A stretch of 63,405 nucleotides of DNA, taken from contig DF237475.1 of NCBI GenBank assembly GCA_000708835.1, positions 1 to 63,405 of the forward strand. Reading direction: 5' to 3'. The notes below the pieces were generated by a model. The model saw nothing but the letters and a program-made list of their open reading frames with translations, did no database searches and was not told where the DNA came from. Shown here piece after piece: positions 35,191 to 47,100 of this stretch. Position 1 is the stretch's first letter. Every line of letters begins with the position of its first letter. The DNA is from Klebsormidium nitens. Its lineage: Eukaryota; Plantae; Klebsormidiophyceae. A program made the position numbers and the translations under genes.

Positions 35191-38100
35191 ATGGAGGGGT
35201 TGCGGCTGGAGGGCATAGAGGCGCACCGGCCTATGAGTGCGGACGCCCATGAAAATGGTCCAAAACCGGACAGGGTGTCCGGCTTTTTCAGCCCCCAGGT
35301 ACCCTCTAGACGTTCATCTCAGTGGGCAGCTAACAATGGTAAAGTCAGCGGACGTGAGAATCAAAGCAGTGTAGTGAGCTCCTCCCCAAAAAGGAAGAGC
35401 TCAACCGCCTGGGAAGAGAGCCAAGTGCTCTCATCCGCTCCAATGAATCAGAACAGCGATACAATGAGCAACATTAGCTCTCCAAAATCTGGGATCGCGT
35501 CTCCGAAGAGGCTCAGCATGCAGAGGTCTCAGACAATGCGCGCCTCGAAAGAATCGAGCGCCTCTAAGCATCCCGAGCGATCAGACAGTGCCGCGCAGAT
35601 GGCGCGGGAGCGGAGGGGAACTCTGGAGAGTTACAGTCCGCGTACGCAGATGGAGCTGATGGACCACCCCTTGGGGGAGCTCCTACTGCCGATTCTACCC
35701 CCCCAAGAGGGGGAAAACGGCCATGGCGGTTTGCCAGTCAGAACATCTAATGTGAAGCACTACTATGGGGTGGCGGCCAAACGGCGGTCATCTTACCAGG
35801 GGGGCGCGCCGGTAGCCCCGGTGCTGCCTGTCAAACATCCCCCCGCCCTGGCCCAGTTTCTGGAGAGCGGTGGTGCAAAGCCCAGTGAGATCCAAAGTGA
35901 GGAAGCCAATGCAGCTGCAAGTAATCAAAGGATTGCGGAGAAGATCGCAGAGCGGCGCCAATCATATGCTGGCATAGGCTTACGGGACCCAGGCAGCCCC
36001 AAGCGACAGGGCGGCCGGTTAAGCATGAAGGTTAGCTCTAACCAGCGGCGGGCAAGCGAGGCGCCCGGGGCAGACCCGTCCAGCTTTGCATTGAGAACTC
36101 CGTACCAATTGAAGCCGCGACGCGTCTGGATGCTAGAGGAGGCGTTTCGGTCGGTCCGAGAGGGGGCCGAAGCTCTGGCGTCGGAAGATTTCCCAACCGA
36201 GGGGGAGGCGCGGTGGCTGGGCGTGGGGGGAGCGGCGGAGTGGCGGCCGTGCATGGTGCTGGGGTATGACGTCAGCGAGCATAAGTACTGGGTACAGTGG
36301 CTGGCACCGCGACCCGGGGACAGCGATGCGTGTGCGCGCAGGTTCCAGGCTGCACGGATGAATGTGAGGATTGTCAACACTAGCGAGGGGGGGCACTTTT
36401 GGCAGAAGCCTAGAGAGGCAACCGGGGGGGTGGAGAGACGGCTGGGAAAGGTGGGTGATCTTGGTGAGAAGCGAGCAAGTCGTGGAGGTGCGCTGGGGCA
36501 TCGAGATGGACGGGGGATGACGGCAATACTGGCGGAGCTGGCGGAGGAGTATGTTGGGCAGTCGCACCAGCTGGCGGTTTGGGAGCAAGAAGGAGAAGCA
36601 GAAAACGGTGAGGACTTCATTACCGGTTTGCCTTGACCAATGAATCATCCACAACACAAGGGCATGTTGTCAAAACGTTGACGAACGCGACAGTTCCTCT
36701 GACGAGATTACTTTGCCGCTAAATATGTCAAACAGTTGAACGTTCTGAGTTGGAAGAACGTTCATCTACCGTAAGTGCCCAGTATGTGTTTGAAAGTTTT
36801 GAAAGTTTATGAGTTTTCTGCTGTTCATTTTCACCTTCACACATGATCTCGAAACACGGCCATCTCAATTGTCACACCCGTTTTGAGACCTCGATTTTGG
36901 AAGCGACATTTTACATCTGCAGGGGACATCTCTGAGTCGGCCCCTACAGGGCCCCGCCCCATCCCAGTGCCCACCTACTCCTACGCCGACTTTCGCGCCG
37001 CCGTCTCCAACAGGGCCTTTCTCTGCCAGCCCGCCCTGCAGCCCATGCTCCTCGAAATGAGCCACCTCCTCGAGGCCCTGTCACGGGTAGAGTTGCTCGA
37101 CAGCCGTCGGAGGGTATTGACACCAATGGAAGCGCGGGCCCACCAGAGCAAGGTGTTGAAAGACGGTGTGCGATACGTGCGGGAGCACTTGGTTGAGGAG
37201 ATGGTGGATAGCCTGGCCCTCGGGCTGGGCCGCTGGACGATGAAGATGGAGCAAGCAATTGGGGACCAGCAGTCGGCAAAGGTTCTAAGGTGAGGATCTC
37301 CTTGATAACCTGCACGTGCATCCAGCTTTGGATAAACGGCTCCGCGCGTCTTGAACTGTCCGGCATCCTGCCCAGACAAGAAGCTACTGCGGGGACGATG
37401 TCTGCTGTCTGTCTGTCAAGAGGAGCGCGGTCGACTTGTCAAAGACCCCCGCCCTGCTTAGCCCCTCGTTCCTTTTCCAGATGCTCAGGCGCAGATTTCG
37501 TTCGACCAATCAGAATGGTCGGAGCCATCCACTTTTCGTGCCTGCTGCGCTCCTTCAAGGCATGTTCCACCGATGCACGATCTCAAAACGGAGGACAAAC
37601 TCCTTTGTCAACTCTCATACAACTCCTACGGCACGTCCTTATTGCCAAGCCAACGTCGAAACATCTCCGAAACTTTTGAGCACCCCTGCCGTCTGCAGAT
37701 GGGCGAATTTGAGATTGGAAGAGGCCCTCTGCGGCGCCCTCCAGGGGACGCTCCTCCGGTACACCGAGCTCTTCCAGCATCCGCGGGGGGATCCCCCGGG
37801 GGCCCCGGTGTTCGAGGTGGGCATGTCGATGCGGGGGGACGGCCAGCTGGAGCTACAGGCGCAAACCGGGGTGCTCGCCACCTTCTCCGGTCACCTGGTG
37901 AGCCAAACGGCCTTTGAGCTCTTCTTTGGGGAGTGGACTGGGAGATGGTCTCGGAACGTTGGCAGTCAAGCAGAACGGGTTTCTGGAGCCTTCAAGTCGA
38001 CTTTCGTCCTTCGCGTGGTGTTTTTCAGATCGATGAAATGAGGAATGAGATGAGAGTTGAGAGATGAAAGATGAGAGAAGATTGCGTGTTTCTTTCCTGT

Positions 38101-41100
38101 TATCGCAGTAGATTAGTCATTGGTACTTTTACATGTACTATACCTGGAGATATGAAGGTGTCATATTCCTGAGAACATTCATGCCCCAGATTGTGCTGAC
38201 GTGAGGTTAATGAAAGTCTGCTGTTCCGCTCGCAGCTCGATGACCTGGAGGAGACTCTTCGCAACACGCCCGCCTTCAGCCCGTCCGATGATCGTTACGT
38301 CCAGGTGGGGCCAGAGAGCGATCCACTTATGTAGATCAGTCTGTGTTCAAAATCTTTGGTGACGTGACTGGGGTGGATGAACATCAGAGTGGTCTCGCAA
38401 ACGCATAAACTTGGAGAGGCCCTATGAATCCTGTAAGTTTCCATCATTGAGTCCGACTCGTGCTCCCTTGTCGTGTACGGGGAAAACGTACGGTTTCTTT
38501 TCAGTCCTCAAAGTCTCCAAGACTGTCTCACATACGCCTGCTCTTCATATCTCCTCCAAAGGTGCGCGTCCCGCACTGGTAACGCCCGCACCGGTTAACA
38601 TGTCCATTTCGAGTGTTGCAAGATCGGACCAGCAACAGGCACGCAGATCTCGTAACCGTTCGCTTCTTACCGTCCACTTCAGAAAGGGCCCAAGCTGCCC
38701 CGCCCCACGCTGGCCCGCACCGCAGCGTCCGCAATCCTCCGGACGCGCTCAGCCGTCCGCACGACCATCGACGCCGCGTCCGAGCTCCTCCGGACCGCCG
38801 CTGACCAGCTCGCACAAGAGTGGGCGTCCAAGCTGCCGGGTCACGTGGCAGCCTTCTCCGACGGCCACGCGGCAGCTTCTGGAGACGGCGAGAACGCCAC
38901 CGACAGCTCGCTGGAGAAAGTCGAGAGCCTGAAAGCGTACCTGGAGAGACTGGGAGAGGTTGAGAAAGCGGTTTTGGGATACCACGGCCGGGCCTTCGGC
39001 GAGGTGTTCGTTCTAAACTGCCGCCAGCCGCTGCACTGGCTGGCGGCCGAGCGGGCGGAGCGGCGGGAGGCCCTGTCTCGGGAGCTGTTTGAAACTCTAC
39101 ACGACTGCGTACGGCTGGTGCAGTCGCAGCTCGACCGGAACGAGGCCCTCCTGCGGACGGACCTGGATGACGTCACCCCCGAGGAGCTGTCGGAACTGGA
39201 GCGGTTCACCGGGCGCTACGACGGGACGCACGCGGGATTGCTCGCGAGCCTGCGCGAGGGCCGGGAGGCGCTGGACGCGCTCGAGAACCTGCGCGCGCCG
39301 CTGAGTCAGCATGACGTCAGCGCGCTGTGGGAGGCCGCGCGCGAGGCCGTCGCGCACGCGGAGCGGGTGTCGGACGTCCGCGGAAGGCTATGGATCGTCA
39401 AACCCGGGGTTATCGCCGGGATTAGGCGCCGGCAGGCGGAGTTACTGGAGGCGGTCAAGGAAAGAGTCGCGGCCGCCGCAGGGTTTGAGGGCTTGGAGGA
39501 TCTCGAAGCCGCGGGCGAGTACCAGGCGCAAATGGCGGCGACTTTGCGCGAGCTCTTAGAGCATCTAGAGGCGGCGAGAAAGCTGCAGGTGCAGGAAACG
39601 CTGCTGGGCATCGACCAGCTGCCCGACTGTCTGGAGCTGCTGACCCCGGCCGTCCGAAAGGTCCGATTCTGTGCGAACGTCTGGGCGCTTGCGTCCGAAT
39701 ATCTGGCGGTCCAGAGGGCGCACGAGGAGGCGCCGTTCAAGCAGATGAACGTCGGCCGGGCGCACCTGCGGGTCGCCGAGCTCGCGGACAAGATCGACGA
39801 GCTTGGGGGATCCCCCGGCGCGCGCGAGCTGGGGGGATCCCCCGCGGGCGGGGTTCTGCGGTTCCTGGAGGCGCAGGTACGCGACATTCTGCGCGAGCTG
39901 CCGGTGCTCGCGAAGCTGCGCCACCCGGGCGTGCGGCAGCGGCACTGGGAGGAACTTGGACCGGTACTCGGCGCCCGGTTCTTAGAAACCGGGCGGGACG
40001 ACCCGACGCTCGCGGCGGTGCTCGCGCTGCGGCTGTCGGAGCGCCGGGATGACGTCAGCCCGGTGCTGGAGCGCGCGATCCAGGAGTACGCGCAGGAGGT
40101 GTGCCTGGAGAAGATGGAGGAGGAGCTGCGGCGAGCGGCGGTCGAGGTCGCGCAGGGTGTGGAGCTGCGGGGTTTAGGCGACATCGAGGCGCTGCTGGGC
40201 GAGCAATTGGTCGCCATCAACTCCCTGCTGAGCAGCCCGTTCGCGAAGGCGTTCGAGGGGATGGCGCGCACGTGGCGCGAGCGGCTGGGGCATCTGCGCG
40301 CGTGCCTGGGGGAGCTGGTGCGCGCGCAGGAGGCGTTCCAAAAGCTGGAGCCGGTGTTCAGGTGAGAACCGGGCGGTATCTGTGCCCTTCATTGTAGGGG
40401 TGAGCGTCTGAAGCAGCGTCGCTTGATGGAGTGTTACCTTGCCGAAGCGAAATTGGAAAGATTCAGAGACAGACTCAGGAACGAATTTTGATGGATTGTT
40501 TTACAGAGAGAATCATCTTTGCGTGATGAAGAATGGAGCTCACTTTCGGATTTGCCCCTAGAAACAAAAAGTTTTTACTCGGTCAAATCAAACGTGTCTC
40601 GGGGTGAGAGGGACAATTTGATGAGCTTCGGTCGAAATAGATGTTGAGGCATAAAGACATAGTTAAAATAGTGGTGAAAGTTTCTGGTCACGAAGAGATG
40701 GCCACATTTCGTCGAAGAATCTGGTTCTTCTCTGTGTGGTCTTTGGATAATCGATTTGTGCGACGGATTGCTCAAGGCGTTGAGTCGTACGCTTGTCTCT
40801 TTCTCCTCCGTCTCCTCCTTTACCGCACTCGTCTCCCAGAACATTGTCCATCTTCTTGCTTGTGTCTTATTGGAGGTTTTACGTCGCGTCTTTGCTCGAA
40901 CAACGCCCCGAAACTCGCCCACTTTATTTTCAGTTTCTGTGCTCTTTCATACCTTCTGGGGCCAGCATGATTAAGCACATGCCTCTGATCCCCTCCGATT
41001 CCGTTCCAGGTCCCCTCACCTCCAGCAGCTCCTCCCCTCCGAGCACCGCCAGTTCCAATCCGTGGCTGCCACGTGGCAGGCCGTCCTGGCCCTGGCCTCC

Positions 41101-44100
41101 CAGCGCCGCTTCTTCCTCTTTCTCTGCGAGAGCACGCTCGTCACCAAAGACATTCCGGCCTGCAACCTCGCCATGGCGGACTTCCGCTCGAAGCTGACGT
41201 CAGCTCTGGACGGAAAGCGCGCCCGCTTCCCGCGGCTGCACTTCTTGACCGACGACGAGCTGGTCACGTTCGCCAGCCTGGAGCTTAACCCGACCGTTGA
41301 CCCGGGCCAAACCCTGATCTGCAAGTGCTTCCAGAGCCTGTCCTCTGTTGAGTTTAGCCAAGACCGGAAGATTGTGGCAGTTACCGGGCTCGATGGGGAG
41401 AGGGTTACGCTAACCCAGGTGGTGGGCACCAAAGACGAACCGTTGGAGAAATGGCTCGCCGCTCTAGATACGGAGATCCGAACTACCCTGAAAGCGGGGC
41501 TGGCAAAAGCAGTGGAGTATTTGGAAAGCGGAAGAGGGGCCTCATTGTCACATTTCTGCAGCATGAAGAAGGAGGACGGGATTAGTTCGACCAGTCGGAG
41601 AAGCGAACCGGGCGGTTTTGAGGAGGGGGTACCGGGTAATCTGCCGTCCCAGAGCGTGGGTTTGGCGCTACAAGTGAGCTTTACACGGCAGGTGGAAAAG
41701 GTTCTGAGCAGAGACGAAAGCGCAGACCTGAAACGTCGGGGCCTGCACTCAGAGCTGGAAAGGATGCAGGAACAAGTTGAGGATCTGCGGGCCGCTGTGG
41801 CGAAGGGACTGGGCGGGTTAGCGCGGGTTAAGGCCAAACGGCTGATCCGTTTGGGCGCCCGGTTGAGCAGGACTTTGCGACAGCTCATCGAGTGCCCGGG
41901 GAAAGATCTTCACCAGGATAGGTTTGCCTGGCAGAAGCACCTTCGGTTCTACTTTGACCCGGCTGCCCCCCGGGGTGCAGCTTGCCGGCTAGAAATGGCC
42001 GGGGCGAAACTCAGCTACGGGTTTGAGTTCATTGGGCGACAGGAAAGGGGCATCGTGACGTCAGACATGGAGCGGTGCTTTGCGGGGCTCCTGGGCGCGG
42101 TCGCAAGCGGCGGCTGCGCTCTGGTGACCGGAACTCCGGGGGCCGGAAGGGCGGAAGTGGTGCGGGCTCTCGCGGCCGCGGCGGGTAAAACCTGCCTCTT
42201 CGCGAGTTGCTCCGAGGGGATGTCGGGAGACCGGTTGAGCGGAGTGATGCGCGCGAGCATCGCGAGCGGCACGTGGTTCTGTTTGCGTGACGTTGGCGCG
42301 GTGGGCGCTGACGTGGCACAGAGCCTGAGCCAGCAGCTGGCGTCAGTAAAGCAGGCGCTGACATCATCGGGAGGGAGGGTCCAGCTGGCAGGCAGCAGCG
42401 TGCAGGTCGATCGGACGGCCGCTGTATTCTGCACAGCCCAGATCGACGGCCCTCAGCCGTCGGATCGACTTGCGGCGGCCTGCCGCGCGACGGCGCTCGG
42501 GGACGGCGCGACGGTTGCTGACGTGGCAGGTGGGCTGATGCACGCGGAAGGGTTTGAGAACTGGGAGAATTTGGGTCGGAAGCTCGCGACCGCGCTCCAG
42601 TTCGCGTCGCAGCAACTAGGGGCGCGGCACTTCGCCGCGGGGCTCCCGGCGGCGCACGCGCTGGTCGAGCGCGCGGTGCGCGCGCGAGCGGAGATGACGT
42701 CAGCAGGGTTTGGAAACGTGAGCGAGGAGGCGCTGCTGGCGGGCGTGGTGGAGAGGGGCATCGCGCCCGGCTTGCTCGGGGACGAGCTGACGTCATTCCA
42801 GCGGCTGCTGACGAATGTGTTCCCCGGCGGAGGCCGGCCGGTGGACACGAACGGCCGGCTGAAAGAGGCGGTTAGGGAAGCGGTTAGGGAGCGGGGTTTA
42901 AGCGAGGTTTCGGGGACGGTTCAAAAGTGTGTGCAGCTGCAGGAGTGTATGGCGCTGGAATGTTTGGGAACGGTCGTCTGTGGAGAGGCGGGGGCGGGAA
43001 AGACGGAGCTGATTGCTTTACTGGCGCGAGCAAGTGAAAAGCTGACGGGAACTAGAGTGACGATCGAAACCGTGGCGCTTGCTGGGGCGAGCGCGGAGCA
43101 GATTGCTGCCAGGTGCGACGACATCTTGGGCCGTCAGGATGGCGACACGTGGGTGGTGTTCGACGGTGCGATGGGCGCCGACCAGGCTGTTATCATCACC
43201 GGGCGCTTCGACCAGGACTCGCGCCTGTTTGCACTCTCCCGGGAAAAAGGCCACCGATTGAAAGTCATTTTCGAAGTCGATTCTCCAGAGGGAATACCGT
43301 CAGCGCTGCAGGGCCGGTGCGCGTTGGTCCACGTCAGCAGGGGAGAAGCAGTCGACTGGAACGCCCTTGTAAAAGCATGGGTGGAGCGAAGTTTGCCCCC
43401 AAGCTGGGCGGAAGAAGCGGCGCTTTTCAAACTCGTGTGTGAAAAGGCGCTCCCGGCTTGTCTCGAGCTAGCCATGACCGGGGCGCCTGCCAATTTGGAG
43501 CTTATTCCAACCGGGCTGGTGCAGAGCTTCTTGTCTCTGGTGGGGTTCACACTTGCGTCTTTCTATTCCGCCAACCCGTCGCAACGGCCGAAGAGCGGAA
43601 GAGAGGAAGGGCCGGAAGCGGATCAGGGCAAGGGCAGGCGGCGGCTCATCTCCTATGGGCGGAAGCAGGCACGTGACATGGTGAGCTGGCGGAGGCTGCA
43701 TCTGCATAAGGAGGGGGAGGGAAGTCTGGACAAAAGAGAAAGCGCTGTTGCGGCGTTAAAGTCCAGACTTGATGACGTCAAGCCCTCGGAGCGGGCTCAA
43801 ATGCTGACGACAGCCGCCGTTTTCGCGGCCGTCAACTCTCTCGGGCTCGCGATCGCGGGAGCGACGGAGCGCGCCGCGCTCGAGCACGTCATCCGTGACG
43901 TCATCCGCGACGTGGGTCCGAAAGAAGCACCCCCCCTGCCGGAGGAAAGCCTGTTCGAAGTCGGGTACAGCTGGCAGTTCCGGGCGTGGCGGCACTGGCC
44001 GGAGCTGCGGACGGAAAGCGCGGCCGCGGACGGAAAGGCGTCCGGAGCTCCGTCCGGCGACGTCAGGTTTTTCGTGCCCGTCCCAGAGACGGCGCGTAAC

Positions 44101-47100
44101 GAGGTGTTGGCGAAAATGGTGCTCCGCGGGGGGGGCAGAGTGGCGCTGTTCGGACCCCCCGGGTCCGGGAAGAAGTCGCTGATAGGTCACGTGATGCGGA
44201 CGGCGGCTAAGGAAGAGAGCGCGCGAGAAACTAGAGGGGGGAAGCCAGGTGGAGTCGGACAGAATCCTCAGGGAAGCAACGACTCTGCTTCTGGGCGCTC
44301 GGTTGTAACAATCGACAGTGAAGGAAGTGAGAAGCCAACAGCACGGCTTCTGCGGAATTACAGTCTTCTGCCGACGGTTCCGTACAGCTTCGACAGTCTG
44401 GTGGCCATCTTCGCGGAGCAGCTGGCGGCGGCCTGGCCGGAACGAGCGGCCGGAATGGGCGGAACGAACGAGCCCGGCCGGAGCACGCCGGGCTTGCCGG
44501 ACTCCCTCGTCCTGCGCCTGAGCCGCGCATCGACCCAACTCCACAAAACCCTCCTCCAAACCCTGCCAAACCCTCGGGAAGGTCTCGGACTCGGTACCCG
44601 CGACTTGCTTAGCCTCCTGGACGCTTTGGTTACGAATTCGGACGCCCTAAAACCGATTCCGGACGCTCTGCAGTCGGACGCGGACGCGCCAACGGCCGGG
44701 ATGGACGCGGGTACGGACGCCGACGCCGTCAAGCTGTGGGCGCACGAGGTCCGCAGGGTGTACGGCGACCGTCTGACCGGTGCGGCCGCGGTCGAGAGCG
44801 CGCTCGCGGCCGCGACTGCGGCGCACCTGCGCGAGTGGGCGCCGCTCACAGTGCAGCCCTTCATGTTCGGGCAGTACACGCGTCACTCCGACGCGAACGG
44901 TGACGTCAGGGTGCGGGTCGTTTACAAGGAGGTTATGGACAAATCGGGGTGGGTTTTGGGGATGGAGGGCCAGTTAGCCGCCCACAACATGGAGAATAGC
45001 GATCCGCTCCCGATCGTTCTCTTCCCGGAAGCGGCGGAACACTTGTCCCGGTTGCTGAGGGCGCTTAGAGGTTCCGGCTCCCAGGCACTGCTGATAGGGC
45101 CCCCGAGAAGCGGGAAGAGGTCCCTGCTGCGGCTGGCGGCCTTCGTTCTGGGCTTCGACCGGTTTGAGGTCGGCGAGAAGAACGGAGAAGTGCCCGGGGA
45201 ATGGAGGGAGGAAATGGGGAAGGCGGTGGAGAGGGCGGCGTTGGGTGACCGGGGCGTGGTGCTCGGGGTGAAGGCGGGGCAGCCGGGCCTGATGGATGAC
45301 GTGGCGCAACTGCGGAGGGGGCTTGAGGTGCGCTTCTGATGTCATGTTTTTTGCAAATTTTGTTGGTTGATAAGTTGTTGGAGGCAGCTATCTTTGCACT
45401 GGTTGAAAAAAGCTGTTGGCGGCACTTGCATTACCACATCAATTCTTCTGCAGGATCAGGACCATTCTCGCAACCAACGAAACGAGGCCGACCCTTTTTG
45501 CTGTCTCGAAAAGGCTAAATATCAATCTATTTAAAAAGCTTAAGCTCACCGAAAGTGTCCGTACTCGAGATCCTTGACTTCAGTTGGTGATTTTCTACTA
45601 TAGCTGCCTGTCCTTATTGCTCCAAATCCTGCTGATATCCAACCTGCCGACCTCCTTATAAGAAGCTGTATAAAAATTTGGCACGCCTAATCGATGCCCA
45701 AACACGTAATAAGGTACCATCAAACAGAAGAGTAAATAGAAGAAACCTTTGGATCTCTGTTCTTTCCAACTTGCGAATCAAAGGCTTTCCTCACCCGTTA
45801 CTCATTCGTCTCCTTTCTTCAGGTGCTTTCTCTCCTGTCCCCCGAACGCCGCTACTTCATCCAGCAAGAACAGCAGCGCCTGGAAGAGTCCTCCAGCACC
45901 TCTCTAGTTTCCCTCATCGACAGCGCGCAAGAGCGCGAGGCCTACTTCAACGCGCGCCTCGTCGAGCGCGTCAACGCCAACCTCCGGATCGCCGTCCGCG
46001 CGGCCGCGCGCTCCCCCGCGCTCGCGCACATCCTGACGGAGTGCCGCCCCTTCGCGGACGCGTGCTCGGTCGACCGCTTCGACGCCTTCTCGGACGCCGC
46101 CCTGGCCTCGATCGCACGCGCGCACTTCGACAAGCACGAGGAGCTGCAGCGCTTCGTCGAGTTCGCGGCCGTCGAGCGGGGCGCGCTCGCAACCGCGGCC
46201 GCGGCGGTACACGCGCGAGCGCGCGGGCCGGGCGTCGCGAGCTACCAGGAGCTGCTGCGCGCGTTCAGCGCGCTGTTACTCGACCGCGGGGGCGCGTTCT
46301 GGGCAACACTCCAGCGGCTGACCGTCGGCGCTGCGAAATTACGGTCGACCGCGCGTTTGGTCGCCGAGATGCAAAGCGATTTAGAGGCGCTGCTGGGGCG
46401 GCGGGACTCGACCGAGGAAGAGATGGAGCGCCTCATCGGCTCGATCGCGCGAGAGCAGGACGCGCTCGACGCGAGCCGCGCGGCGCTGCAGGTCGAGCAG
46501 GAGAAGGCGGAGCGCGAGAGCGCGGCCGCGGCGCGCGCGGCGGCGGACGCGCAGCAGGACGTCGACTCCGTCGTTCCGCTGGTCAGCCAGGCAATTAAGG
46601 AGCTGAGCAGCCTCAACAAGAAGGACATCGCCGAGATGAAAAGTTTGGCGAAGCCCCCGCCTCGTCTGATGATCGTTCTAGAAGCGCTGTGTATTCTGCT
46701 CGGAAGGGCGCCCAAGAGGCCACGTGTCAGCCAGCCGGGGCGCGGCGCGCCGGAGGCCGGGGAAGGGTACTGGCCCGTGGCGCGCGAGCTGCTCGCGCAG
46801 GTCAACTTCGTGCAGATGCTGCTGAGCTTCGACAAGGACGAGATGGATGCGGACACGGTCCGGCGGTGAGTTGATTGAGAGTCTCTGCGTAAAAAGGTCT
46901 CTTTCTGAAAGGAAAAGGTACAAAAATCATTTTTTGAGAGTACAAAAGTTCAGGATGAAGAAGGATTTCTGTGGTAAGACCTTTGAGTAAGAGGTTCGAC
47001 GCAAAGGGTTTTTGAGTAAGAGCAGGTTTAGTACGCAGTTTCTGACTAGGAATTTTCCTAGCAACAGATTCGGAGTCTTTGCGTCGATGCTCTTTCAGAA

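Noticed and set aside
38562-38578. 17-nt dynein microexon (VRVPHW)
   Set aside because: It ends in phase 2 and would create TGA with the acceptor before 38683, whereas direct 38304/38683 splicing is in frame.
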